A stretch of DNA of 64,000 bases, from NCBI GenBank assembly GCA_945787715.1, contig CALZJE010000003.1, forward strand, positions 6,088 through 70,087, written 5' to 3'. Every line of letters starts with the position of its first letter. Positions within the stretch are counted from its first letter, which is position 1. The notes under the pieces were generated by a model. That model worked only from the letters and a program-made list of their open reading frames with translations. It was not told the origin of the DNA and made no database searches. The stretch comes from an uncultured Ectothiorhodospiraceae bacterium (GTDB lineage Bacteria > Pseudomonadota > Gammaproteobacteria > S012-40). Made by a program: the position numbers and the translations under genes. Shown in pieces: positions 51,444-61,751 of the stretch.

Positions 51444-51587
51444 AAAGGGGTCGGTACCGAATGGCACTAACTTAAGCCCTTTCATCATTTATCAGTTTTT
51501 CAGAAATGCTATGTATAAAGGGTTTAAGTCACTGAACAAACTATGACAAATGCCCTTAAGGGAGTGGCATTCGGTACTGACCCCTTT
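51444..51587. repeat. 144-bp inverted-repeat element (MITE-like or structured RNA)
   Basis: The arms AAAGGGGTCGGTACCGAATGGCACT (51444-68) and AGTGGCATTCGGTACTGACCCCTTT (51563-87) pair at 23 of 25 positions, one of the two exceptions being G.U-compatible on the + strand. A nested hairpin pairs ACTTAAGCCCTTT (51470-82) with AAAGGGTTTAAGT (51517-29). The palindrome CCCTTAAGGG lies at 51553-62. Confidence 0.5.
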
Positions 51588-51714
51588 CCCGCTACTTGTT
51601 AGATGAAATAAATAAGCGGATATATTAATTTTTCTATTTATACTGTGCTTATAAAAGCGATTAAATTTATAGGTTGGCGCATATCAAAAGCAGTATGCGC
51701 CAGATATTGATTGT

Positions 51715-53040
51715 TTACAGTGTGGCACACAGTTGTGGGTCAAACGGTGGTTCACAATCTGTGCAGCTTAGACTGTTCCATCTCTTTTTCTTGCCATTAC
51801 GGGTTAGGTTGTCGACCCAGTTTGTAAATCGTACGCCCTCTGCACTGTTCTCAGTGTAATAAAAGTTCTTAGTGAATGCATCGGTCAACACCGTATGGTC
51901 CATACCTTTACCGATGTAGTATCGATAATTTGATGCAGATGCTGTGAGCGAGAAGGATTTTTCCATACGCGCGTTCCATTCACAAAATGTCTTGTTCGAA
52001 ATATTCTTCCAAAAACTGGGATTGTCTGGATTGTTCATAATGTTAAGAAACTGCACCTGGACCGAATCCCATGCAGTGGAATATTGCGCAATACGAACTT
52101 TGTAGTTATTAGCAATGCTGGTCATTATTGTTCTGTTAAATGTTAGCGCGTTAAAATTACCGAATTGCTCAAAGCCTGTTACCCAAATTGGAAATGTATT
52201 TTCTGTCCCCCAATTGCTACCCGTCGAAAATATAGAATCAATAAAATCCTGAGTCAATACCCAGGCAGAACCATCAGAAATCAACGCGTGTTTTGCTTTA
52301 GGAAAAGCTCTTTCCAGATAGGGGAAGTTTAGAGTAGCACCGTAGCTGCCAGCGCTGGTGCCAGCGACAAGTAAGTGTTTTAGAGATGACTTTTTCCTAC
52401 GTGATGAGAATTTTTTCTTTGCCCAATCACGAACCGCTAAAAAATTATCAAATCCTCGATGTTGAACCATTACAGGTGCCCCTGGAATGCCCGATATTAG
52501 ACCAAGCTGATCTTGATAAATTGTATTTTTACTTCCAATGTGAATATCGCCTGTACAGTTAGGGATGAAAATCATACTCCAATTGCGGTAGGGATTTTCA
52601 CGGCGAGTTGAATCCAATATGCCGCCAGCATTTGGTGAATTGTCAGTTAATAGGTTTGGATTATAAATTGGATTATCCACATTACTCAGAGAAGTTAAGC
52701 AAGTGTGATCATTCCAACAGGCGCCGCCGCCATTAAAAAAGACTAGCAATTTATCCTTTTTACCTTGTTTGAAAAAAAAGTGGTAAGCATGCTCTTCATT
52801 CAGTGGTTGAGAGGGATCTGCTGAGTCATATCCAAATGCACAACCGGGAGAAATATCTTTTTTGTTGCCATCATCATCGATTATTTGCATATGAGCAGGC
52901 ACGTCAATTTGTTGCCAATTAGTGTTTTTTTGTGGCTTATGTTTATATTTATTTTCCTTTGATGCTATTGCAGGAGTACTCAGTAGTATTGATGCGCATA
53001 TCACTGCACTTAATAGGGTGAATCGCCGATAAAAATTCAT
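51715..53040 (-). CDS. Secreted esterase, pectin-acetylesterase/Notum-like family
   Basis: Signal peptide (..LLSTPAIA|SK), LLVFFNGGGACWNDHTC and LLVAGTSAGSYGA (GxSxG), which resemble PAE-family blocks. Assigned from memory. Confidence 0.55.
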   Translation of the reverse strand: MNFYRRFTLLSAVICASILLSTPAIASKENKYKHKPQKNTNWQQIDVPAHMQIIDDDGNKKDISPGCAFGYDSADPSQPLNEEHAYHFFFKQGKKDKLLVFFNGGGACWNDHTCLTSLSNVDNPIYNPNLLTDNSPNAGGILDSTRRENPYRNWSMIFIPNCTGDIHIGSKNTIYQDQLGLISGIPGAPVMVQHRGFDNFLAVRDWAKKKFSSRRKKSSLKHLLVAGTSAGSYGATLNFPYLERAFPKAKHALISDGSAWVLTQDFIDSIFSTGSNWGTENTFPIWVTGFEQFGNFNALTFNRTIMTSIANNYKVRIAQYSTAWDSVQVQFLNIMNNPDNPSFWKNISNKTFCEWNARMEKSFSLTASASNYRYYIGKGMDHTVLTDAFTKNFYYTENSAEGVRFTNWVDNLTRNGKKKRWNSLSCTDCEPPFDPQLCATL

Positions 53041-53632
53041 TTTAAGTCCTTTTTAGTTTTGCAACTTCCGTATATAACATAATTGTTGATCGCAGCTTTC
53101 TTGCGGATTGTTATATTTTGTTAAAACTTGAAAGCATAGATCTGCACAGTGAATATACCAGATTAAACTAATATTGAACGCCCATTATAATTAAAAGAAA
53201 TTGTTGATAACTATTCAGGCGCCGTTTTTTGTACGTTTTGATTCCAGTTGAGAAAAATGAATATATTTGTGACGGATGATTATATTGGTATTGTTTAAAA
53301 CTGAGTTGCTTTTTTCTACAACTTTCCACAGCATCTACGGAGCTTAATCTAGAGTTGGTGCTTGGCATAAATTGATGATTACATGATGCCGGCTACATTA
53401 GAGGTAATAAAACTGTATCTAAAGGAATTGGACTCAAAGTGAACAGAGCATTAGATATAGTTATTGTTACTAAGTTGAGCATGTTCTAATTGGAAATAAT
53501 GTTTATAGGGAGAAATACAATCAAATATGTGCTAGATATTTTGTTGATTATTAGTTTATCAACTATAGTTATATGCGGGGTTACACTCAACATATGTAAG
53601 CCGCAAACATAGAAGTACCGAAGCTTTTTTAT

Positions 53633-54799
53633 GTGATTAAAAATAGGTATTGGAAAAATTTGTTAAGCTTGAGAAACATGACTATGTTGACTGAAAAATT
53701 ACAAACAAATATAAATTTAACACTAGCCGTATTAATAATCTTGTTTTATGGCGGTGTTGTCGCCGCGCAGCCCTTTAAATTAAATACCATAGCCGAAGGT
53801 TTAGAGCATCCATGGGGAATGGCATTTTTACCTAATGGTGATATGTTGGTGACTGAACGACCTGGCCGTTTACGTTTAATTCGCGATGGTAAGTTGATAA
53901 GGCAAGCGATTGTTGGGTTGCCAAGAATTGAGGCGAATGGCCAAGGTGGTTTGCTTGATGTCGTGTTACATCCAGACTATTTGAAAAATGGTTGGATTTA
54001 TTTTTCCTATGCTGAACCTGGTTCGGGGGGGGTTGGTACTGCGGTGAGCCGTGCACGTTTGAAAGGCCTGCAATTATTGGATGTGGAAAAAATATTTAGC
54101 ATGAATATTAAAAGTGGTGGAGGTCGGCATTTTGGTTCTCGTCTATTGTTCGATCAAAAGAGATATCTTTATATAACTGTCGGTGAACGAGGTGATAAAG
54201 AAAGAGCCCAATTGTTGAATGATCATGCAGGTTCAGTGATACGTCTATACGATGATGGTCGAATTCCAAAGGACAATCCATTTGTTAAACGAGCGGATGT
54301 TAAAGCTGAAATTTATTCCTATGGTCATCGTAATCCACAGGGCATGAGTCTGCATCCACAAACTGGCGATGTGTGGATACATGAACATGGTCCTCAAGGT
54401 GGGGATGAACTAAATCGTATACAATCGGGAAATAATTATGGCTGGCCAGTGATTACTTATGGTGTGAATTATTTTTTTGGTACAAAAATAGGCGAGGGAA
54501 CACATAAAGCTGGCATGGAGCAGCCACTCTATTATTGGGTGCCATCTATCGCACCTTCTGGTATGGCTTTTTATACCGGTGATAAATTTCCCAGATGGAA
54601 AAATAACTTGTTCATCGGTTCATTGAAGTTTCAGTTATTGGTGCGACTAGAGCTACTAGGTGAAAAAGTAGTGAAAGAAGAGCGTCTATTGGAAGGTAAG
54701 CTGGGGCGTATTCGAGATGTACGAACAGGTCCTGATGGTCATCTCTATTTGCTCACCGACGAAAAAAATGGCATGGTCGTTCGCTTGGAGCCATTGTAA
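53633..54799 (+). CDS. PQQ-dependent soluble sugar (aldose) dehydrogenase, YliI-like
   Basis: LEHPWGMAFLPNGDMLVTERPGRLRLI, GLLDVVLHPDY, YSYGHRNPQG and NYGWP. The start is probably an internal Met near 53678-53684. Confidence 0.88.
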   Translation: MIKNRYWKNLLSLRNMTMLTEKLQTNINLTLAVLIILFYGGVVAAQPFKLNTIAEGLEHPWGMAFLPNGDMLVTERPGRLRLIRDGKLIRQAIVGLPRIEANGQGGLLDVVLHPDYLKNGWIYFSYAEPGSGGVGTAVSRARLKGLQLLDVEKIFSMNIKSGGGRHFGSRLLFDQKRYLYITVGERGDKERAQLLNDHAGSVIRLYDDGRIPKDNPFVKRADVKAEIYSYGHRNPQGMSLHPQTGDVWIHEHGPQGGDELNRIQSGNNYGWPVITYGVNYFFGTKIGEGTHKAGMEQPLYYWVPSIAPSGMAFYTGDKFPRWKNNLFIGSLKFQLLVRLELLGEKVVKEERLLEGKLGRIRDVRTGPDGHLYLLTDEKNGMVVRLEPL

Positions 54800-55048
54800 G
54801 ATATTTTTTTTCCATTCTCATAATTTTTCTTTCGCTTATTATATTTTTAATTGAAGAAAACCCAAATTTGGTTTGAATTTGGGGGATAAGATTTTCTAAT
54901 TTTTTTTGACTTCATGCAGAAAGACAAAAGACTTTGTAAGTATCAGGTTCGCATTGAGCGAATTATTTAATGTATTGAAGATAACTTTAACAAAAGAACT
55001 TCGCTTAAGGAAGTTGCTGAAGCCTTAATTTTTGGAGGGTGAAATCGT

Positions 55049-55729
55049 GTGATGAAAAAACTGTTAATTATAATTAATTTGTTGATACTCTCAGCCTGTT
55101 CATCGGAACCCTATGTTATTAAACCTATTGAAAGGGATAGTTCACCTAAGCACTCGGCAATATTCGTCGTTAGCCATGACTGGCATACTGGATTTGTCAT
55201 TCCCGCTGAGGATATCCAATTATATATTCCTGAGTTGCGAGAAAGGTATGGAGATACACCCTATATTGAGTTTGGTTGGGGAGATAAAGGTTTTTATCAA
55301 GCAAAAGAAATAACCGCGGGATTGGTACTAAGAGCAGTATTTTGGCCAACAGAATCAGTTATTCATTCAGTAGCTGTGCCTGAAAAAGTTGAAAGATATT
55401 TTAAAAATAGTCTAGTCGAGAAAATATGCCTTAATAGTAGTAGCTTCACTTCACTATTGCATTTTATTTCTAATAGCTTTTATAAAAAAGAAAAAAATAG
55501 AGTGTTGGAGCTTGAAACTGGGATATATGGGAATAGCCAATTTTATAAGGGAACTGGTGATTATTATCTAATGAATACCTGCAATAAATGGACAGCCAAA
55601 GGCTTAAGTAGTGCGGGGTTTGACATATCACCGACACTCAATCTAACAGCTAGCAGTGTTATGAATTTTATCGTGTTGCATAATCAAAAACAAAAAAATA
55701 CATTGAGTAATGGGATTGTGTCTTGCTAA
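55049..55729 (+). CDS. Lipoprotein, DUF2459/TIGR02117-like
   Basis: Lipobox LILSAC|SS. VVSHDWHTGFVIP and YIEFGWGDKGFY resemble the TIGR02117 family. Assigned from memory. Confidence 0.5.
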   Translation: MMKKLLIIINLLILSACSSEPYVIKPIERDSSPKHSAIFVVSHDWHTGFVIPAEDIQLYIPELRERYGDTPYIEFGWGDKGFYQAKEITAGLVLRAVFWPTESVIHSVAVPEKVERYFKNSLVEKICLNSSSFTSLLHFISNSFYKKEKNRVLELETGIYGNSQFYKGTGDYYLMNTCNKWTAKGLSSAGFDISPTLNLTASSVMNFIVLHNQKQKNTLSNGIVSC

Positions 55730-55774
55730 TCAAATGCTTATTCTAGGGTTATCGTGTAGTATTTTTTGGAATAA

Positions 55775-57217
55775 TTAGTGAGAAAAAACCAACGGTAGAA
55801 ATTTAAGAATGAAAAACGTTATTAGTACACTTCCAACTATATTCAATAAAAATCCTGTTTTTGCCATCTGCTGTATAGTTACATAACGACTACTGTATAC
55901 AATTGCATTTGGGGGTGTTGCTACAGGTAACATAAATGCAAATGATGCGGAGATCGCAACAGTAGCCATGAGGTACATAGGTGGCAATTGCATGACTTCT
56001 GATAATGCAATCATTACCGGTATTAGTATGCTTGCAGTTGCGGTGTTGGATGTAATTTCAGTGAGAAAGATAATTAAGAGCGACAAAGCGAATATAATAA
56101 TTAAAATATTCACACCTTCAAGGAAATTTAGCTGACTTCCAATCCAGATTGTTAAACCTGATTCGCTAAAACCTGAAGCGAGTGCAAATCCACCACCAAA
56201 TAGAATCAAAATATCCCACGGCAGTTTTTTTGTTGTTTCCCAATCCATTAGCCGTGTTGAGCCATTCTTGGCGGGAATCATAAATAAAAGTATTGCACCA
56301 ATGATGGCGATTGTGGAGTCTTTAATCTGCCTAAAAATTTCAATGTCGATTAAACCACGGGCGATCCACCCAACAGCAACCAGAAAAAATACGATAAGTA
56401 CTTTTTTCTCTTCAGTGGTTAATTGCCCTAGCTTAGCAAGTTCATCTTTGATCAGAGTTTTATCAAAGGTATTTAATGATGAGTGTTCTTTCTTTTGTTG
56501 ATAGCTTAGGTAGATCCAAACAATAGCGAGAAAGATACATGAAAGAGGAAGTGCAAAGGTTAGCCAATCAAAAAAGCTGATGCTTGTATCGAGTTGTTGC
56601 TCCAGAATGCCTGCTAAGATAGCATTTGGTGGAGTACCAATTAATGTCGCAACGCCACCAATTGATGCTGAATAAGCAACGCCTAACATTAGTGTCATGC
56701 CAAAAATAGATTCTCTTGAGTCGTCAATTTTTTTGATAACAGCAATTGCAATGGGTATCATCATAAGTGTTGTGGCCGTGTTTGATATCCACATTGACAA
56801 ACACGCAGTGGCTAACATAAACCCCAGAAGTATTTTTTTATGACTACTACCCACAATAAGAATAGTTTGAAGCGCAATACGTTTGTGTAGATTCCAACGC
56901 TCGATACAGAGCGCGATAATAAATCCGCCGAGAAAAAGAAAGATAATGTGATTTGAATACGCACTAGTGACATTATTAACATTCATCACATCAAGCGTTG
57001 GAAATAAGGCAATGGGTAGTAAAGCAGTGATGGGGATAGGTATAGCTTCAGTAATCCACCAAGTAGCCATAAGTGCAGCAATTGCGCTAACACTTAAAGC
57101 TGCAGGATTCATTGAATGCTGAAGTGGAAGGAATAGAATTAGCAGAAATAGCAAGAGTCCGCCAAAAAAACCCAGGTTTTGTCGCGATAGGATAATCTGT
57201 GGAAAGTGTTTGCCCAT
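55775..57217 (-). CDS. SLC13/DASS-family sodium-coupled anion (sulfate/dicarboxylate) symporter
   Basis: 480 aa, polytopic, with the repeated hairpin motifs SNTATTLMMIPI and SNTATASILIPV. Confidence 0.85.
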   Translation of the reverse strand: MGKHFPQIILSRQNLGFFGGLLLFLLILFLPLQHSMNPAALSVSAIAALMATWWITEAIPIPITALLPIALFPTLDVMNVNNVTSAYSNHIIFLFLGGFIIALCIERWNLHKRIALQTILIVGSSHKKILLGFMLATACLSMWISNTATTLMMIPIAIAVIKKIDDSRESIFGMTLMLGVAYSASIGGVATLIGTPPNAILAGILEQQLDTSISFFDWLTFALPLSCIFLAIVWIYLSYQQKKEHSSLNTFDKTLIKDELAKLGQLTTEEKKVLIVFFLVAVGWIARGLIDIEIFRQIKDSTIAIIGAILLFMIPAKNGSTRLMDWETTKKLPWDILILFGGGFALASGFSESGLTIWIGSQLNFLEGVNILIIIFALSLLIIFLTEITSNTATASILIPVMIALSEVMQLPPMYLMATVAISASFAFMLPVATPPNAIVYSSRYVTIQQMAKTGFLLNIVGSVLITFFILKFLPLVFSH

Positions 57218-57280
57218 CGCTATCTCTTTTCAATTGCTAACTCAAAACTCGCGTCGTTATTGAGTGTCATAATGTAAATA

Positions 57281-57631
57281 TTATTCAAATGCTAAGTAAA
57301 CTTTATCTTCTTCAATGCTGACACCATAAGTTTTTAGATCTTTTTGACTTCTGATGAAGTTTAGTGCCTGTATGCCTGGTGGAAAGTTTGCCCACAACTC
57401 GGCTTTACCAGTTTTAATATCAAATTCAGCGCGATGGAATTTACATTGAATACGGCAATTATCAATTATTTGTCCTTTTTCAAGAGGTGCGGATAAATGA
57501 GGGCATTTTGATTGTGTTGCAAAAAAACCATCGTCTAAATGAAATAGAATAATTTTTTCATTGTTGACGATAAAAGACTTCATTTCACCAGCTGCTAACG
57601 CTGTGGTATCGCACACATACTCTTTACTCAT
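57281..57631 (-). CDS. Rieske [2Fe-2S] domain protein
   Basis: CPHLSAPL..(18 aa)..CKFHRAEF is a CxH...CxxH motif. Confidence 0.8.
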   Translation of the reverse strand: MSKEYVCDTTALAAGEMKSFIVNNEKIILFHLDDGFFATQSKCPHLSAPLEKGQIIDNCRIQCKFHRAEFDIKTGKAELWANFPPGIQALNFIRSQKDLKTYGVSIEEDKVYLAFE

Positions 57632-57663
57632 TTCCGCTTCCTCTTAATTTTTCTAGGTTTAGG

Positions 57664-60591
57664 CTATATATAGTCATTCAACTCGGTCGGATAGTCATGT
57701 TTTAGTGCTGCAATCGCTTTTTCTCGACGCTCTTTTAAAACGGACAGACGTTCATTTGATACTGGTCCGGTACAAAGCCAATTTGCTTCTGTTTCCAGAA
57801 ATTCTTCCCAGGTGCCCTTCTCTTCATGATTTTGAAGTTTTTTTGATAAACGCTGTGCTTGAATCTTTAAACGATCTTCGGCGCTATCCTGTGGTGTTTC
57901 AATATCAGCCAATACTTCTAACTGGGTTGTGGTCATTTTTAAGTTTTCGTAATTTTGTTCAAGAATATCTGTACTATTATTTAACAACAGTTGGTTCAAC
58001 TGATTTATTCGATGTTCGAGCTTCTTCTGCCAGTCGGATTCGCTTATTTGCTCCGCTTGACTTAATTTAGCAATAATTGCGTCCACTTCTTCTTTCGCTT
58101 TATTTTGTTCAATAGCCAGTTCAGCAGTTTCACATAACATAGCAGATTCTTTAAGTGCTTTTAGTATTGAAAGTTTTTCTAACTTGCCGACGGATTCCAG
58201 CTTTCGTTCAAAAATATCTATGGCATCATTGACGCGTTTTTTGAGCTCTTTTTCCTTGTCCTTCACATTAGTAGATATGGATTGAAATTCTGCTTTAAGT
58301 TTTTGGAAAGAGGATTTTACTTCATCAATTTCTTCAACTGATTTTTGTGCCAACTGTTCAATCTGCTGACAAAGCATCTCTTTGTTGTTTATTGTTTCTG
58401 CTGCTTGTTGTTCTTTTTTCTCTTGCTCTTCATGACGCCGCGTAAAAACTTTATCACAAGCCTGTTTGAAAATTGTCCAAAGTTCGCGTTCTTTTTTAGG
58501 TTCGATTCGACCAGCATTTTTCCACGAAGTTTGTAATTCCTTCGCTTTTGAAATTGCCGTTCTTAAGTCTTCTATAGAAGTGAGTTCATTTGCGGCGTTA
58601 ATTAAGTCTTGCTTGGCATCGAAGTTTCGAGCCCACTCTTCTTTGAGTTTATCTCGCAAAGTGTTGTACGCAGTGTAAAATCGCTTGTTGAGCTCTTTTC
58701 TTTTTTCGTGATCGGTTTGTCCGAGTGATTGCCACTCACCTTTTGCTTGCCGGTGAAGTTGTTCAACTTTTTTCCAATCAATAGTTTCCCAATTAGTAAT
58801 CTTGATGAATTGTTCAAAATTTTCAAGAAACTCAACACGGCTCTGATAATTTTTCTCTCGAATTTCGGACTCTTTTTCAAAATATGCTTTGCAGGGTTCA
58901 TAGGCCTTATCACAGACTTCTTGAAATTTTTCCCACAATTCTTGAGATGTCTCCTTTTCCGAGGCACCGAGATTTTTCCACTCTTTTCTAGATTGGCTAA
59001 CAATAAATGCGATCTCTTTTGGATCATCATTGCTGTCGATCAGTGTTTCAACTTTAGCGATTAATGCTTCCTTCTGAGGGGTATTTGCCCAACTTTTCCA
59101 GTTGTTTAACTCATCAATTTTTGCCGATGCAATCGATAGATGGTTTTTATATTTTTGAAGACCTTTGACATTTAGCTTTTCGAGCTTTTTTAAAACTCCT
59201 TGCACATTTCTCTTGATACTAATGGCATCTTTAAGAATGCCCTGTTCCAAGGCTTCATTCAGTTTAGGAAGTTTATCTTTAACTTCGTCAATGAGCTTAC
59301 TGATGCTTTGCTCTTTTTCTTCAAGTTTGTTGATGGCTTTATTGATTTTATTACTGATTCTATTTTTTGCATTAAGCGCATCGGTGGATAAGTGACCGAT
59401 GCTCAGTGTCGTGAGTTGTTTTTGAGAATTTTGAATGTTGCTTTCAGTGATTCTTGCGATACTACTTAATGCACGATCGACATTTTTTTCGAGTGTAATT
59501 AGTTCGCTTAGCTGTGATTTTTCACTTTCAGCAGTTTTGATGATTGTTTTGATGGATCTAGAAATATCATTGAACTGCGTAGTAAGTTCAGTCTCCAGCT
59601 CAGAGGGGAGTTGTTGAATTGAGTGCCAGAGTCTTTCTTTCTCGCGGATAATTTCTTTGTGAGAATTTATCTCTTCATCGTTAAAATTGGGATTTTCTCC
59701 AAATGAGGCAAGTAAACTACTTAACTCAGAAATGATATTTTGTTTTTCTTTTTTTATTGGTAAAAGTGCTGCTTCTTGCTTGAGCTGCTCCTCATATCGT
59801 TTAAGGTAATTTTGATAATTTTTGTTAAATTGATTTTTGGCATCTTCAAAACGGTTGAGCAATTCAAGTGTTTGGCCTTCTGAAAGCTCTTGCCACTGAC
59901 TAGATAGATTATCAAATTGAATTTTATCTCTTTCCCAAAGCCCTTTTGTTCCCAATGCTTCCATTTTTGAACAAAGCGTTTTTTGGTCATTTAAGCGTTT
60001 TATCGGCAGCTCTTCTTGCCTAGTAATCTCATCAAGCTTCTCTTTTGCGATACGGCTAACAACTTTATCTTTGGTTTTTGTGGCTTTAAAAATCCTTTCT
60101 AATGTTGATTTTTGTGTTATTTGGCTAATCGCCGTTTTGCGTATTTCCGCATCGTTATCATTTATGGCAAGATTGCCCAGCAATGACTCCCGATTCACTT
60201 TTTTAATAGCGGTTAAACGCAATGCTGGTGTGACGCCTTTTTGAGCGATATATTCCACAACTTTAAGATTATCCAGCTGGGAGACTTTTTCCTGCCGTTG
60301 TTCATTGTTGAGGCTGCCCTCAGCTTCCCCCGATAACATTTGGCATAATATCTTATTGCCCAATTCATTAATCTTATTGTCGCTATCAGCTAGTGCGATT
60401 TTGTTGACAGCTGCCAAGTCGATTAAGCGCTTTAATGCGAGTAATCGTAATTCAGGAGAAGGATCATGAGTTGCAATCTGCATGAATACGTCTTGATGTG
60501 ATTCTTTATCCAGGTGTATCAACGCTTGTTTGCGGATTTCAGGATCACTATTTTTCCATTTTGGCTTGAATAGGTTTTGAAATAATTTCAT
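57664..60591 (-). CDS. DUF349-repeat protein (large, helical)
   Basis: 975 aa. N-terminal HEAT-like repeats, then repeated W(K/Q)xxG...ELWxxFxxxCDxxF units (ELWEKFQEVCDKAY, ELWTIFKQACDKVF). Confidence 0.75.
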   Translation of the reverse strand: MKLFQNLFKPKWKNSDPEIRKQALIHLDKESHQDVFMQIATHDPSPELRLLALKRLIDLAAVNKIALADSDNKINELGNKILCQMLSGEAEGSLNNEQRQEKVSQLDNLKVVEYIAQKGVTPALRLTAIKKVNRESLLGNLAINDNDAEIRKTAISQITQKSTLERIFKATKTKDKVVSRIAKEKLDEITRQEELPIKRLNDQKTLCSKMEALGTKGLWERDKIQFDNLSSQWQELSEGQTLELLNRFEDAKNQFNKNYQNYLKRYEEQLKQEAALLPIKKEKQNIISELSSLLASFGENPNFNDEEINSHKEIIREKERLWHSIQQLPSELETELTTQFNDISRSIKTIIKTAESEKSQLSELITLEKNVDRALSSIARITESNIQNSQKQLTTLSIGHLSTDALNAKNRISNKINKAINKLEEKEQSISKLIDEVKDKLPKLNEALEQGILKDAISIKRNVQGVLKKLEKLNVKGLQKYKNHLSIASAKIDELNNWKSWANTPQKEALIAKVETLIDSNDDPKEIAFIVSQSRKEWKNLGASEKETSQELWEKFQEVCDKAYEPCKAYFEKESEIREKNYQSRVEFLENFEQFIKITNWETIDWKKVEQLHRQAKGEWQSLGQTDHEKRKELNKRFYTAYNTLRDKLKEEWARNFDAKQDLINAANELTSIEDLRTAISKAKELQTSWKNAGRIEPKKERELWTIFKQACDKVFTRRHEEQEKKEQQAAETINNKEMLCQQIEQLAQKSVEEIDEVKSSFQKLKAEFQSISTNVKDKEKELKKRVNDAIDIFERKLESVGKLEKLSILKALKESAMLCETAELAIEQNKAKEEVDAIIAKLSQAEQISESDWQKKLEHRINQLNQLLLNNSTDILEQNYENLKMTTTQLEVLADIETPQDSAEDRLKIQAQRLSKKLQNHEEKGTWEEFLETEANWLCTGPVSNERLSVLKERREKAIAALKHDYPTELNDYI

Positions 60592-60957
60592 TATGATGTC
60601 GCTTAGGTTTGAGGTTGATTATATAGTAAGCAGAACTTTACTCTGATTTACTAAGCCGATACTAAGAAGCCACATAACAGTGGTAGAGTTTTGATGGTGG
60701 TCTTCTGCATCTGATGCGTGCTAAATGTGAGTTGTAGATAATCCATAGATTCATTCCATTGACTCAAGGCTTATGACACACAGTGTTAGTTTGCATGCAC
60801 AAATCCCCATCATCAACTTAATATTATCGGATGACTAATATATAAGTCATAACTCTTGTTTAACCTATTAATCTTTTACAATATTTCCATAACTAAAACA
60901 ATCGCCTGATGCCGTTGTGGACAAAATACATGCATATTGTAAAGTTTATGAAATAAA

Positions 60958-60975
60958 TGTCATAGATTTGTAACA
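60958..60975 (+). promoter_or_regulatory. Pho box upstream of phoB
   Basis: TGTCATA-GATT-TGTAACA: two 7-bp half sites 11 bp apart, about 50 bp upstream of phoB. Confidence 0.55.
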
Positions 60976-61025
60976 ATAGATCGTTTTAATAACAGCAAAT
61001 TTCCATAATGATTTATGAGTGTGTC

Positions 61026-61715
61026 ATGTCTCTAAAAATATTACTTGTTGAAGATGAAGCGGCAATACGTCAAATGCTGGTTTTCGCGCTACAACAACAG
61101 GGTTTCGAAGTTTTGGAAGCGGGAAATACTCAAATCGCTTTTGAGCTATTAGCCAGTAATGATATTGATTTGTTAATTCTTGACTGGATGTTACCGGGTA
61201 TTAGCGGTGTTGAACTCTGTCGTCGATTGAAAAAAGATACTAGTTCGAAACATATTCCTATCATTATGTTGACTGCGCGTGCTGAAGAAGATGATAAAAT
61301 TCAGGGATTAAATGCCGGCGCTGATGACTATTTAACCAAGCCATTTTCGCCAAGAGAACTTATTGCGCGTATCAATGCGGTTCTACGTCGAGTAAGCTCT
61401 AAGAAGACTGAGGATAGTATTATGGAATTCGGTGGTTTGCAGTTAAATGAAAAAAGTTACCGAGTAACAAGTAATCGCGAACCTCTTCAAATTGGGCCGA
61501 CTGAGTTTAAATTGTTGCATTTTTTTATGTCTAACCCAGATAGAGTCTTTACCCGGGCGCAGCTTTTGGATAATGTGTGGGGCAATGAAGTGTATGTCGA
61601 AGAGAGAACCGTTGATGTGCATATTCGTCGGCTCCGAAAAGCGTTAGAGCAGGGGCATCATGATCATATGATTCAAACCGTACGTGGTGCAGGTTACCGC
61701 TTTTCATTGAACTAA
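61026..61715 (+). CDS. phoB: Phosphate regulon response regulator PhoB
   Basis: KILLVEDEAAIRQML, LDWMLPGISG, LTKPFSPREL, and an OmpR-type winged helix (VDVHIRRLRKAL..TVRGAGYRF). The start is taken at ATG 61026. Confidence 0.93.
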   Translation: MSLKILLVEDEAAIRQMLVFALQQQGFEVLEAGNTQIAFELLASNDIDLLILDWMLPGISGVELCRRLKKDTSSKHIPIIMLTARAEEDDKIQGLNAGADDYLTKPFSPRELIARINAVLRRVSSKKTEDSIMEFGGLQLNEKSYRVTSNREPLQIGPTEFKLLHFFMSNPDRVFTRAQLLDNVWGNEVYVEERTVDVHIRRLRKALEQGHHDHMIQTVRGAGYRFSLN

Positions 61716-61751
61716 CATTCGGCAAAGTCCAGGCCACTAAATAAATCTATT

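Noticed and set aside
53041-53632. 590-bp intergenic region (containing a 66-aa ORF at 53168-53368), examined for an sRNA, a promoter or a hidden gene.
   Set aside because: I could see no conserved-looking motif, no sigma-54 element (TGGCAT at about 53363 lacks a GC at the right spacing) and no stable structure. The small ORF has no RBS.
54861-54883. Hairpin CCCAAAT-N9-ATTTGGG downstream of the sugar dehydrogenase gene.
   Set aside because: The stem is short and AT-rich, lies about 60 nt past the stop, and is followed by GGATAAG rather than a T-run. Evidence for a terminator is marginal.
60938-60955. Additional Pho half-site-like heptamers (TGTAAAG, TGAAATA) upstream of the phoB Pho box.
   Set aside because: The spacing to the TGTCATA/TGTAACA pair is 9 bp rather than 11 bp, and the matches are weak. 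This is likely chance in AT-rich DNA.
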